Notes under the pieces: generated by a model
Seen by the model: the letters and a program-made list of their open reading frames with translations, nothing else
What the model was told of the DNA's origin: nothing
Databases searched by the model: none
Assembly (NCBI GenBank): GCA_963840885.1
Contig: CAWJAN010000004.1
Coordinates: forward strand, 47,984 to 111,983
Source: an uncultured bacterium
GTDB taxonomy: Bacteria; Patescibacteriota; Minisyncoccia; Phycocordibacterales; GWA1-40-21
DNA: 64,000 nt
Direction of reading: 5' to 3'
In this document: positions 27,175-36,764 of the stretch, piece after piece
Layout of the letters: each line of letters starts with the position of its first letter
Position numbering within the stretch: position 1 is the first letter of the stretch
Made by a program: the position numbers and the translations under genes

Positions 27175-27792
27175 TTAGCTTAAGGGTTTTTCCACAAATA
27201 TGGCGAATTTTTTCCAGCCCAGCCTAAATTTGTCCATTTCTACAAAAAGCTCCTTGCCTTCCATCCCCTTCGGTTCAGGGTCATTGTAAAAAAAGCCGAT
27301 GAATTCTCCTTTATCATTTTTTTCATATCCGACTATGACAACCATATGATGGCTGTCTTTTTCCGTAAAAGACTTCCTTATTGAAGCTATTACGGGCAGA
27401 TTATCCTCGATATTCTTTTCTATCTTTTTTATTCCTTCGTTAAAAAGTTTTTCGCTGTTTATTGAATTTTCCATTGCGCCGGACTCTAAATTTACGTCGA
27501 CAGACCTGAACTCCTGAGAATAGGCGGAAATTCCATGATTGCGCAAAAGCATGACGAGAACTCCATGGCCCCAGCCAGTCGACGGAGAATATCCTTCATG
27601 AGCTTTTTCTTTTTTTGCCAAATCACCGGAAACAAAAATTCCTTCTTTTATAAATTCCGTTATATCACCTTCAATATTGAATGAATCGAGAATCTCTTTA
27701 AGGCAAACTATGGCGCAACTTCTTCCCTGCCAATCTTTTTCTATGGCTTCAGAAAATTGGGAATAATGCGGTATGTCCAGGATTCTCTTCAT
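27175..27792 (-). CDS. Peptidase C39-like (papain-fold) protein, no signal peptide
   Basis: LDIPHYSQ, SCAIVC (Cys), HMVVIVGY (His), YNDP (Asp). ATG 1 nt after the pheT stop. Confidence 0.85.
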   Translation of the reverse strand: MKRILDIPHYSQFSEAIEKDWQGRSCAIVCLKEILDSFNIEGDITEFIKEGIFVSGDLAKKEKAHEGYSPSTGWGHGVLVMLLRNHGISAYSQEFRSVDVNLESGAMENSINSEKLFNEGIKKIEKNIEDNLPVIASIRKSFTEKDSHHMVVIVGYEKNDKGEFIGFFYNDPEPKGMEGKELFVEMDKFRLGWKKFAIFVEKPLS

Positions 27793-27793
27793 A

Positions 27794-30154
27794 TTATCTG
27801 ACTTGCCAGCCGGCATTGGCATTTAAATCTTTTGTAATTTTTTCCATGATTTGGTTAACCTCTTCATCGGAAAGAGTCTTTTCGTAAGATTGGAAAACTA
27901 TCCTATATGCATATGATGTCTTTTTTAATCCGTCTATATCTTTTGTGAACACATCGAAAAGCCTTGTTTTTACTGCCAGATCTGTCATATCTTTATTTAT
28001 GATAATAAAAACATCTTCCGGCTTCGTGCCATCCGGAGTGAATACTGCGACATCGCGTATTATGAACGGATATTGAGAAATCTTTTTGAATCTGAGCCCA
28101 GAATCGTCGCGTTTTTCCAAATCGTAACTTTTAGGCGCCGGAGCATCTTTTATGGATTCTTCCAAAACAAATTCCGATATATTTTCATCCTTGTTTATCT
28201 TATTAAGCTTCAGCCCCAGCTCGACGGAAAGCTTCTTCACCGCCTCATTCAGCACATCCTTTTCCTTAGGCTTCTTTACTCCTGTAGGATTTTTAACTCC
28301 CAAGGCAAAATTCTTGCTTTCTCCGGATTTGGTGAAAACGTGCCCAAATTCGAAAATCCTTATCTCCGGCATATCTATAAGCTCGGAATACCTGGAATTC
28401 AATTCCAGTGAATTTTTTATTCCATCAGCAAGATTCGTTCTCAAGAATTTCCTTTCCGGAGACATGGGATTTGCAAGCTCTATTTCACCCTTGTCCGTAA
28501 AAGTATAATTCATCGCTTCGGAAAATCCTTCCTTATACAAAATATCCCTGATTTTCTCCTTGTAGTAAAATTCTTTGTCTATGGCTGCCGGTTTTTCAGA
28601 TTTCGGTATTTTTATGTCTTTTATCTTTTCATATCCGTAAATCCTGCCTATTTCCTCGGCTAAATCTTCCTTTATCCTTAAATCGAGCCTCTCGGCTGGC
28701 GCTGTCACCACGAATCTTTCCTGGTTGTCTGACATTCTCCTATAACCTGTAATTTTCCTGAATCTTCCGCTTTCCGAAAGATTTTCTATTGCGACTCCAT
28801 TTTTTAATTTCGAAGAGTGTATGACTTTTCCGCCGCCTAGATATATTCCGCAGTGATCCACTCCTTCTTTTACTTCCTTACCGGGCAAGAATTCGACTGT
28901 CTTGAAATATATCGTTCCTTCACCAGTATTGGAAAAGACGATGTCTCCTGGCTTTATGTCTTTTTCATTTACTTCCTGTCCAAAAACATACTGGTCAATT
29001 GATATGCGCGGTATCTGAACTCCGGCCTGCGCGAAAACATAACCCACATATGAAGAGCAATCGAAGACCTTGGGCGCATCGTAAGAAATGCTGGCTCCTT
29101 TTTTATGCTCAGCGCCGACAAGTTCTTCGGCCAATTTCAAAACCTCGTCCACCGGCTTAACTTTCTTCCATTCAAATCCGAATCTGTCGAAAATATTTTC
29201 TATCTCTTTATCTTTTATTTCCACTCCGATTATATCGCTCGCCTCTTTTGAAGATATGCCGAGCTTATAGGGATTGGAACGCCTCGGATAATTATCAATT
29301 GTCTCGCTGACTTTCGTATCTTTTGTTCCGGCAATTTCGACTATGAGTTTTGTGAGAATTTCCATGGCCTCGCCGCAAAGCTCCGGCGTCAGGTCATTTT
29401 CATATCTCTTTGAAGCATCTGTTTTTATCTTTATCTTTTGAGCGGTTTTTCTTATGAGCGCAGGATTGAAATTTGCCGATTCAAGGACGATATTCTTGGT
29501 ATTCACGTCAAGCTCTGCGTAAGTGCCGCCTTTTATACCTGCAATGGCAAGAGGATTTTTGCCATCCGTAATAAGAAGAATGCTTTCATCTAGCTCTGCT
29601 TCCTTTTTATCGAGAGTCGTTATCTTTTCTCCAGGTTTTGAATTTTTCACCACAATTTCATCTGATCCTAATTTATCCGCATCAAATGCGTGCATGGGCT
29701 GTCCTATCTCAAGCATTACGAAATTTGTAGCATCGACGACATTATTTATCGATTTTTGGCCGAATATCTCGATTTTTTCCTTAAGCCACTTAGGAGACGG
29801 GCCTATGTTCACATTTTCTATTACTCTTTCCATATAGCGCCTGCATAATTTAGGATCATCGATTTTAACGGAAATATTCTTTGAAGTCTTCGATATCTTA
29901 AAATCCTTGAACTCCCTGGAATACATTTTCGGTTTCAATGAAAAAATCGTCCCTATTTCTCGCGCAATGCCCCTGTGGCACAGGCAGCTGTGATTGAGGT
30001 TCGGAGTCGTTTTCATGTCCATCAATACATCTGAATCTTTTTTCTCTACGCCTTCAACTTCGAAAGAATGCATGGTAATTCCTTCCGACAGCTTGTCGGG
30101 CTCTGGAAGTTTTTTATCGAAAAAATCTTTAAGCCAATTGTATGAAGCGATCAT
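27794..30154 (-). CDS. pheT: Phenylalanine--tRNA ligase beta subunit with an inserted NlpC/P60 domain
   Basis: B1, B3/4 (INNVVDATNFVMLEIGQPMHAFD), B5 (R.DL..KEDLAEEIGRIYGY), catalytic-like core and FDX-ACB (RDVA). About 140-aa insertion with FDCSS/H/H. Confidence 0.93.
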   Translation of the reverse strand: MIASYNWLKDFFDKKLPEPDKLSEGITMHSFEVEGVEKKDSDVLMDMKTTPNLNHSCLCHRGIAREIGTIFSLKPKMYSREFKDFKISKTSKNISVKIDDPKLCRRYMERVIENVNIGPSPKWLKEKIEIFGQKSINNVVDATNFVMLEIGQPMHAFDADKLGSDEIVVKNSKPGEKITTLDKKEAELDESILLITDGKNPLAIAGIKGGTYAELDVNTKNIVLESANFNPALIRKTAQKIKIKTDASKRYENDLTPELCGEAMEILTKLIVEIAGTKDTKVSETIDNYPRRSNPYKLGISSKEASDIIGVEIKDKEIENIFDRFGFEWKKVKPVDEVLKLAEELVGAEHKKGASISYDAPKVFDCSSYVGYVFAQAGVQIPRISIDQYVFGQEVNEKDIKPGDIVFSNTGEGTIYFKTVEFLPGKEVKEGVDHCGIYLGGGKVIHSSKLKNGVAIENLSESGRFRKITGYRRMSDNQERFVVTAPAERLDLRIKEDLAEEIGRIYGYEKIKDIKIPKSEKPAAIDKEFYYKEKIRDILYKEGFSEAMNYTFTDKGEIELANPMSPERKFLRTNLADGIKNSLELNSRYSELIDMPEIRIFEFGHVFTKSGESKNFALGVKNPTGVKKPKEKDVLNEAVKKLSVELGLKLNKINKDENISEFVLEESIKDAPAPKSYDLEKRDDSGLRFKKISQYPFIIRDVAVFTPDGTKPEDVFIIINKDMTDLAVKTRLFDVFTKDIDGLKKTSYAYRIVFQSYEKTLSDEEVNQIMEKITKDLNANAGWQVR

Positions 30155-30158
30155 CGGA

Positions 30159-30917
30159 TTAGAATTGATTGACGAGGCGGAGGTCGCCGGAATTGAATAA
30201 CCTGTTGTCGTCTATGCCATATTTGAGCATCGCAAGGCGGCCGATTCCCGGCCCGAAAGCTATGCCTTTCCATTCATTCGGATTTATTCCGACATTATTC
30301 AAAACTTTGGGATGGACGACTCCGGCTCCAAGAACCTCCACCCAGCCTGTTCCCTTGCACACCGGACATCCCGGCTCTCCTTTACATCTGAAGCAGGAAA
30401 TGTCCACTTCCACGGCCGGCTCTACGAACGGAAAATAGCTCGGCCTGAATTTTATATCAAGCTTCTTGCCGAAAAATTCATAGAAAAATCTGTTCAATAT
30501 CGATTTTAAAGTCGCAAGAGAAGCTTCTTTGTCCACCATAAGTATTTCAAATTGCTGGAAATCTGTCTCGTGAGTCGCGTCAGTTGCTTCCTGTCTGAAA
30601 ACTCTTCCGGGACATAGGATGCGAAATGGCGGCTTGTTATTTTCCATAAAATGAATCTGCACCGGGCTTGTATGCGTCCTCATAAGCTTTCTGCTTCCTG
30701 CATCTTCATTCTTATCCTGCTTTATCCAAAAAGTATCCTGCATATCGCGGGCCGGATGATCTTTAGGAACATTGAGAGCGTCGAAATTATAGTATTCTGT
30801 CTCAAGCTCCGGGCCGTCTATAAGAGTAAAGTCCATTGCGGAAAAAATCCTGACTATGTCTTCTATGACCCTTGTTATGGGGTTTATATGCACGGCCTTT
30901 TTGCCTGAATCGTTCAT
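30159..30917 (-). CDS. pheS: Phenylalanine--tRNA ligase alpha subunit (short N-terminus)
   Basis: NFDALNVPKDHPARDMQDTF, RTHTSPVQ, RPSYFPFVEP, GWVEVLGAGVVHP. Probable start at 30917. Confidence 0.96.
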   Translation of the reverse strand: MNDSGKKAVHINPITRVIEDIVRIFSAMDFTLIDGPELETEYYNFDALNVPKDHPARDMQDTFWIKQDKNEDAGSRKLMRTHTSPVQIHFMENNKPPFRILCPGRVFRQEATDATHETDFQQFEILMVDKEASLATLKSILNRFFYEFFGKKLDIKFRPSYFPFVEPAVEVDISCFRCKGEPGCPVCKGTGWVEVLGAGVVHPKVLNNVGINPNEWKGIAFGPGIGRLAMLKYGIDDNRLFNSGDLRLVNQF

Positions 30918-30987
30918 TACTGCAATTATAAGCAAAAACGGCTTAAAATCAATAAAATTAAGAGCGTTAAAAAATTCGTGCTTGCTT

Positions 30988-31860
30988 TTATTCGAGCATG
31001 ACTTCGGCCAAATATTTGCCGTCTTTTATGTAAATGGAGCCGTCGATTATCCTGAAATCCGGTTTAATGCCATGATAAAGGAATTGCGCTGCTTTTTCAT
31101 TATTGGCTTCAGCCTGCACAGCAAACACATCGCCTCCCCAAGCCGCAAGCACCACATCGTTCCTGTCTGGAAAAAAATCCATTCTCGATGGATCGGAATT
31201 AAGGATATAAACTGGTAGGCTTTCTTTGCAGTCTGTCTGATCGCAAAAATAATTAGGCTCGGAATCTTCGCTGCCGAACCAGCTTATCGATATGTGCCCG
31301 TTGTCGCTCCATATGCCTAGATTGCCATTCATAACTGGAGAATTTTTCGTGCCAAGATTGCTTTCAAAATCAATGGCGGTGGATGAAGATATTTTCTTTT
31401 GTACAGCCTGCGTGCTGCTAGCAAAAGCCGCCGTCAAATCCAAATATTCCTGATTTTTCTGCTTGCTCGTAGTGGAAACATAAACCGGTATTTCCTGCAG
31501 TTCTGGTTTTACCGGAAGTATGAATACATCGGCTTCGGAAACCAAGTTTGCCGAAACTTTTATCGTTCCCGTCCAGGAATTGTATCCGTCTTTTTCTACA
31601 TCGACCTTATAGCTGCCAGGTCTTAAATTTTTTACCAGAACATTTCTTTGGAAAAAACTTGTTTCATCTTTTGGTTTGGAATTCAGGAATACTTCCGATC
31701 CCGACGGCATTCCGCTTACGTAAATTCCTCCTGTGGGAAGCAAATTCCATCCGTCTATGAAAATGTCTCCATTTGCATATAGAACCGCAAATGCCGACAA
31801 TATTATGAAAGCTGCAGCGAATGTCAGAAATTTTATTTTTTTTCTTATGAAAACAATCAT
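30988..31860 (-). CDS. PEGA-domain membrane-anchored protein
   Basis: TM helix then TGGIYV...P.GSEVFLN...NLRPGSYKVDVEKDGYNSW. Start overlaps the upstream stop (ATGA). Confidence 0.82.
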   Translation of the reverse strand: MIVFIRKKIKFLTFAAAFIILSAFAVLYANGDIFIDGWNLLPTGGIYVSGMPSGSEVFLNSKPKDETSFFQRNVLVKNLRPGSYKVDVEKDGYNSWTGTIKVSANLVSEADVFILPVKPELQEIPVYVSTTSKQKNQEYLDLTAAFASSTQAVQKKISSSTAIDFESNLGTKNSPVMNGNLGIWSDNGHISISWFGSEDSEPNYFCDQTDCKESLPVYILNSDPSRMDFFPDRNDVVLAAWGGDVFAVQAEANNEKAAQFLYHGIKPDFRIIDGSIYIKDGKYLAEVMLE

Positions 31861-33395
31861 ATTTTTTTCCTGTATTTTGGCGTAACCCAAAAGCCCATGT
31901 ATTTGCCAAGCATCAAGCGCGTCTGAGCGTCTATGGCCGGCAATGCGCCAAATATTATAATAGTTATCGGCGTAATAATCCATTGAACGAACATCATGGT
32001 TTTTCTCCATCCGCTGTATCCTTCCGGGGCTCTCGGTATAAAGCTTGCGGCAATCGCGGCGCATAGGAAGAGGCCGAGCATGGACAAAGTCATCATTGTT
32101 CTCGTCAGCATCGGCAAATTATACGACAAAATGCTGTAATTGAATTCCCTTCCGCCCAAAAGAACGGGCAGCCACCCCAGGAAAAATAATATTATTGGAT
32201 TTGTTGACAGGGACCAATATCCTTCAAGCAAGGTAAAAACGAATTTTATCTTGGTATATATCGATATTTTTTTATTTTTCAGAAAACCGAAAAACAGGAA
32301 CGGGCCGTTTTCCACTCCCCATGCCCATCTTCTCTGCTGCTTGTATATATTTTTTGCCGTTTTCCAGAAAGAATCCGACAGATTTGCATCCATGGAAACT
32401 GGATATGAGATCGGAATTACGCGGTAATTTCCGTCATATGCCAGCAATGAGCTCCAGAAAATCCTGGAATCTTCGGAAACGATATTCCTCTGCCAGTATC
32501 CGACATCGTAAAGAGTCTTGAAGCATACGGAATGCGAAGAAAAGGTAGAGAGTATATCCGGACGCTCCTGCTGTATCATCTGCCAGAATGTCGCTGAAAA
32601 AGCCACCACTCTTGAAAGCGACGGCGCTTCCCAGATATTGTTATTGAAAATCGGAATAGGCTGGAATGAAGCATGCATTGGATCTTCCGCGGTCAGAAAA
32701 TTCCACGTAACGCATTCGAAATATTGCGGATACGGTACGGTATCTATGTCAAAAGCCGAAACTATAACATCTTCATATGAGATGTTATTTTTATCCAATA
32801 TCTCTTTCCTAGCTTCTTCGGCTGAATACGAAATATTTGATCCCTTGCCCGGAACATCGCCAGGAATTCCGCTTGGATGGATGACGCATAACAAATGGCC
32901 GAATCTGCCGTCAAATTCCGACTTGACCTTGTTTATTGTATCGAGACAATGTTTCTTATTTCTTTCTTCTCCGGACAAAACTACGATTATTTTCTTATTG
33001 TCATATTCGCAAGACAGAAGAGAGGTGAGGCTCTTTTCCACTATTTCGTAAGATTCGTTATAAAAAGGCAAGAGCACCATATGGTATATCCTGCCGTACT
33101 TAAGATTGGAAAGCTTTTCTTTCCAGTCTGCAGATATATTATGCTTTGTCTTTTTCCAGTTTTGCCTTAGGTATATGGAAAGATAAACGGTCTTTAAAAG
33201 CCAGTATACGTCAAAAACTATTATAAAAATAGCACTGTAAAATGGCTTGTAAAAAGATAAAACAAAAATGCCAATTATCGTAATCCAAGCCATAATACCA
33301 GGAAACATTTCAAAAAATCGGTATATTATCCTGTCTTTTCCGGAAAGACCGGACGCATTTCCAACTCTATAATATATGCTGTTTTTAAAATCCAT
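31857..33395 (-). CDS. Membrane-bound GT2-family glycosyltransferase
   Basis: LPFYNES, GKGSN, FDID, SEDSRI and QQRRW motifs with flanking TM helices. Confidence 0.88.
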   Translation of the reverse strand: MDFKNSIYYRVGNASGLSGKDRIIYRFFEMFPGIMAWITIIGIFVLSFYKPFYSAIFIIVFDVYWLLKTVYLSIYLRQNWKKTKHNISADWKEKLSNLKYGRIYHMVLLPFYNESYEIVEKSLTSLLSCEYDNKKIIVVLSGEERNKKHCLDTINKVKSEFDGRFGHLLCVIHPSGIPGDVPGKGSNISYSAEEARKEILDKNNISYEDVIVSAFDIDTVPYPQYFECVTWNFLTAEDPMHASFQPIPIFNNNIWEAPSLSRVVAFSATFWQMIQQERPDILSTFSSHSVCFKTLYDVGYWQRNIVSEDSRIFWSSLLAYDGNYRVIPISYPVSMDANLSDSFWKTAKNIYKQQRRWAWGVENGPFLFFGFLKNKKISIYTKIKFVFTLLEGYWSLSTNPIILFFLGWLPVLLGGREFNYSILSYNLPMLTRTMMTLSMLGLFLCAAIAASFIPRAPEGYSGWRKTMMFVQWIITPITIIIFGALPAIDAQTRLMLGKYMGFWVTPKYRKKI

Positions 33396-33469
33396 GACGA
33401 TTATTCATACTAGAGCAAAAATGAAATTTTGTCATTCTATTTTGCGGCAGAATAAAACTGTTTTTACTG

Positions 33470-33542
33470 AGCCACCTCCCGGGCTTGAACCGGGGACCTA
33501 TTGTTTACAAAACAATTGCTCTACCAACTGAGCTAAGGTGGC
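33470..33542 (-). tRNA. tRNA-Thr (anticodon TGT), CCA not encoded
   Basis: GCCACCT/AGGTGGC acceptor stem, AGCTCAGTTGGTAGAGC D-arm, ATTGT-TTTGTAA-ACAAT anticodon arm, GGTTCAAGCC T-arm; discriminator U. Confidence 0.96.
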
Positions 33543-33590
33543 TTTAATCCGTCTTCAATCTTTAAGGTAATCTATCAAAAAATAGGAAAA

Positions 33591-33968
33591 TTACAAATTC
33601 TTTTTCTTGGAAGAAGAATTGTGTTCCGATATATTTTTTAGGAAAAAAGAAACAGAATGCTTATTTTCATGTCCGGCAGGCTCGGTTTTAAGAAGAAACT
33701 TAGGCTGTTTGCTGTCGAATCTCCTTTTAAGGATGATTGACTCTTTCTTGATAAAGCCTATTGACCTGACAACAAGCTTTTGTAAATTTTCAAAGTGTAT
33801 TTTTGAAGCCAATTCCTTTCCAGTGCCGGCAAGCCTGTGTATATGCTTTTCGTTTTTAGATACGATTTCAGCAATAGCTTCGTGCTTAAAAACTTTTATG
33901 CCGTAATGCTTGAATGAAAGCATCAGGATTATAAGTATTAAAGAAACGTAAAAGATTATTATTGACAT
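33591..33968 (-). CDS. Hypothetical membrane-anchored protein
   Basis: N-terminal TM; overlaps the end of tsf. Confidence 0.7.
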   Translation of the reverse strand: MSIIIFYVSLILIILMLSFKHYGIKVFKHEAIAEIVSKNEKHIHRLAGTGKELASKIHFENLQKLVVRSIGFIKKESIILKRRFDSKQPKFLLKTEPAGHENKHSVSFFLKNISEHNSSSKKKNL

Positions 33969-34564
33969 ATATTTGCCGGATTATTCGTAGCGAATCTGAC
34001 AAATCTTGTTATTTCTATTTTTTCTCCGAATTTCTGAACCGCATTGGTAATGAGGGTATTCACCGTCAGCGAAGGATCTTTTATGAAATCCTGATCGCTC
34101 AAGACCTGTTCCTTGAAATATGAATCGAGCTTCCCGGAAAGAATCTTTTCCCTTACTGCTTCAGGCTTATTTTTTACTTCCACTTCGAAAGCTTCCAAAA
34201 CCTTGTTTCTTTCTTCAAGATCAACATCTTCTTTTTTTATATATTTTGGATTGGTGGCAGCAATCTGCATTGCTATGTCATAAGCCATTTTTCCGAAATC
34301 TTCATGGTTTGATACGAAATCCGACTCGCTTGAAAGCTCGACAAGCACGCCCACGGTTCCTGCTCCGTGTATATAAGAAACTATTCTTGAAGCTTTGAGC
34401 ATCCTATCTGCCTTCTTTTCCGCAGCTTCCGCTCCTTTCTTCCTGAGCAGTATTACAGCTTTATCCATATCTCCTTTTGCATCTTCAAGAGCCTTTCTGC
34501 ATTGCATTACTGAAATGCCGGTTTTTTCCCTGAGTTCTTTGATTTGTTCTGTTGTGATTTCCAT
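33959..34564 (-). CDS. tsf: Elongation factor Ts (short form)
   Basis: IKELREKTG...CRKAL, ESDFV, AMQIAA.NP, FGEKIEITRFVRF. Confidence 0.96.
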   Translation of the reverse strand: MEITTEQIKELREKTGISVMQCRKALEDAKGDMDKAVILLRKKGAEAAEKKADRMLKASRIVSYIHGAGTVGVLVELSSESDFVSNHEDFGKMAYDIAMQIAATNPKYIKKEDVDLEERNKVLEAFEVEVKNKPEAVREKILSGKLDSYFKEQVLSDQDFIKDPSLTVNTLITNAVQKFGEKIEITRFVRFATNNPANICQ

Positions 34565-34637
34565 TATTGTTTAATTAAAAAAATAAAAATACGCACCTTA
34601 TATTTTAAAGCCAAAGTGCGAAAAAGTAAAATTGGCT

Positions 34638-35348
34638 TTATTTGGCTGCAGATTTGCCTTCTTTATAGGCATTCGCTATCTCATTCACAAAAAATGAAAC
34701 GCTTGATGCCGATGCGTCGTTTCCGACAATAGGATAATCTACGTCTTTTATGTCGCAATCCGTATTGAGAAGAGCGACTACAGGGACATTCATTTTCTTA
34801 GCCTCGGCAACGGCGATGAATTCCTTTTTAGGATCGATTACGAAAATGGCCTTCGGAAGATCTTTCATGGCAATAATTCCATAAAACATTTCGTTGAGCT
34901 TTTCTATTTGCCTGTCAATCAAAAGCCTTTCTTTCTTGGTATATTTAGTAAGCTCGCCTTTTTCTTTCTGCTTTTCCAAATCTTCAAATTTGGCGATTCT
35001 TTTCTTTATTTCTACGGCATTGGTAAGAGTTCCGCCTATCCATCTTGATGCCACATACGGCATATCTACTGATTCTGCGGCAGGCTTTATGAAACTTTTG
35101 GCTTCATTTTTTCCTCCTACAAAAAGTATCTGTTTTCCTTCCTTTGCGAGCTTAGAGATGAATTCTTTGGCGATATCTAGCTGCTTTTTTGTTTCTTCCA
35201 GGTCTATTATGTCTATCTTGTTTTTGGTTCCATATATGAAAGGCGAAATAGATGCGTCCCTTCTTGATTTCTGATAACCGAAATGAGCGCCTGCTTCAAA
35301 CATCGCTCCTATTATATCTGTCTGTTTATTTTTGTTTTCTGCTGTCAT
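34638..35348 (-). CDS. rpsB: 30S ribosomal protein S2
   Basis: EAGAHFG, IIDL, RWIGGTLTN, IVGNDA. Confidence 0.97.
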   Translation of the reverse strand: MTAENKNKQTDIIGAMFEAGAHFGYQKSRRDASISPFIYGTKNKIDIIDLEETKKQLDIAKEFISKLAKEGKQILFVGGKNEAKSFIKPAAESVDMPYVASRWIGGTLTNAVEIKKRIAKFEDLEKQKEKGELTKYTKKERLLIDRQIEKLNEMFYGIIAMKDLPKAIFVIDPKKEFIAVAEAKKMNVPVVALLNTDCDIKDVDYPIVGNDASASSVSFFVNEIANAYKEGKSAAK

Positions 35349-35420
35349 AAGCTAAAAGAGTCTAGCAAAAATAGGCTTTGTTTGCAAGGAAAATAGCCCT
35401 ATGCAGGCAGCCTGCTTTAA

Positions 35421-36407
35421 TTATTCATCATCATTGTCGCTGTCCTGCGGTTTGCCTTCGGTCTTTACCAGATAATCCACTAGATCGCCGAGACCGTCTC
35501 CTGCCAAAATATTTTCAATATTATACCAGGAATGCTTCACCCTGTGGTCGGTAACCCTGTCCTGCAGGATATTGTAAGTCCTGATTTTTTCAGAACGGTC
35601 GGCCGTTCCTATCTGATCTTTTCTTTCTTTGGCGAATTTTTTGAATTCTTCCTCTTCTTTCATAAGATCAAGCTTCGACTGGAGTATGGACATCGCCCTC
35701 TCCTTGTTTTTCAGCTGGCTTCTTTCCGCCGTGGAACGGACATCTATTCCTGTAGGAATATGGATTATCCTTACAGCCGTTTCCACCTTATTAACGTTCT
35801 GTCCGCCGGCTCCGCCTGATCTTGAAAATTCGATTTTCAGGTCTGATGGCTTTATTTCAAATTTGCTCTTTTTCCTAATAGGCAAAATAGCGACTGATGC
35901 CGTGGAGGTATGGACTCTACCGGATTTTTCCGTCTCAGGAACTCTCTGGACCCTGTGGACTCCGGTTTCAAATCTCAAGAATTTATACGCTTCTTTTCCT
36001 TTTATCTCAAATGAAGCTTCCTTATATCCTCCAAGCGACGACTTTGACTCATCAATAGGCGAGAAAGACCAGCCCCGCAGATCGCAGAATCTCCTATACA
36101 TCTTGGCAAGATCCTCGGCAAATATCGCGGCTTCTTCTCCGCCGACTCCGGCACGTATTTCCATTACGACTTCATTCGGATATTTCTCTTCATCTTCCGC
36201 AACGGAAACAATATCTTTCATCTGTTTCATCAGCTCTTCTTTCTGCGAAGCCAGGCTTTTTATCTCTTCTTCAGCCAAAGTAAACATAGCTGGATCCTTT
36301 TCCGCCATTTTTTTTATAGACTCCTCCTCATTATCAAGCCTGCTGTATTCGTCGGCCAGAAAAGAAGTCTTCTTATTTTTTCTGAATTCTTCTAAAATTT
36401 CATTCAT
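35421..36407 (-). CDS. prfA: Peptide chain release factor 1
   Basis: EIRAGVGGEEA, PxT motif (VPETE), GAGGQNVNK, DRSEKIRTYN. Confidence 0.95.
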   Translation of the reverse strand: MNEILEEFRKNKKTSFLADEYSRLDNEEESIKKMAEKDPAMFTLAEEEIKSLASQKEELMKQMKDIVSVAEDEEKYPNEVVMEIRAGVGGEEAAIFAEDLAKMYRRFCDLRGWSFSPIDESKSSLGGYKEASFEIKGKEAYKFLRFETGVHRVQRVPETEKSGRVHTSTASVAILPIRKKSKFEIKPSDLKIEFSRSGGAGGQNVNKVETAVRIIHIPTGIDVRSTAERSQLKNKERAMSILQSKLDLMKEEEEFKKFAKERKDQIGTADRSEKIRTYNILQDRVTDHRVKHSWYNIENILAGDGLGDLVDYLVKTEGKPQDSDNDDE

Positions 36408-36476
36408 ATGCTTTTTATGCCGCTATAAATTAAAAAATCCGCACAAAAAAGTTTGGCGGATTTTATAGGAATTTTG

Positions 36477-36719
36477 TTATTTTTCTGATTTAGCTTTCTT
36501 TGCCGGAGCCTTTATGGTGCTCTTTTCCTTCCTTGCCCTGAATTTCTCGACTCTGCCAGCGGTATCGAGAACCTTTTCCGCACCCGTATATACCGGATGG
36601 CAATTGGCGCATATTTCAACATGTATGTCTTCTTTGGTTGAACCGAAATCATAAACAGCCCCGCATGAACATACGGTCTTGCCTTTGTTGAAATAAACTG
36701 GATGTATACCCTTTTTCAT
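36477..36719 (-). CDS. rpmE: 50S ribosomal protein L31 (Zn-binding type)
   Basis: MKKGIHP.Y, CSCG, CANCHP.YTG, GRVEKF. Confidence 0.97.
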   Translation of the reverse strand: MKKGIHPVYFNKGKTVCSCGAVYDFGSTKEDIHVEICANCHPVYTGAEKVLDTAGRVEKFRARKEKSTIKAPAKKAKSEK

Positions 36720-36764
36720 AAGTTGACATCATAACAAAAAAGCAGGAAAAATCAAGGGCATATT

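Noticed and set aside
28733-29155. PheT insertion as an intein or mobile intron
   Set aside because: No Cys/Ser start with His-Asn end, no LAGLIDADG/HNH motifs and no frame break. The motifs are those of NlpC/P60.
35629-36468. 279-aa plus-strand ORF
   Set aside because: Antisense shadow of prfA, with the Ser/Phe-rich composition typical of reverse-frame translation.
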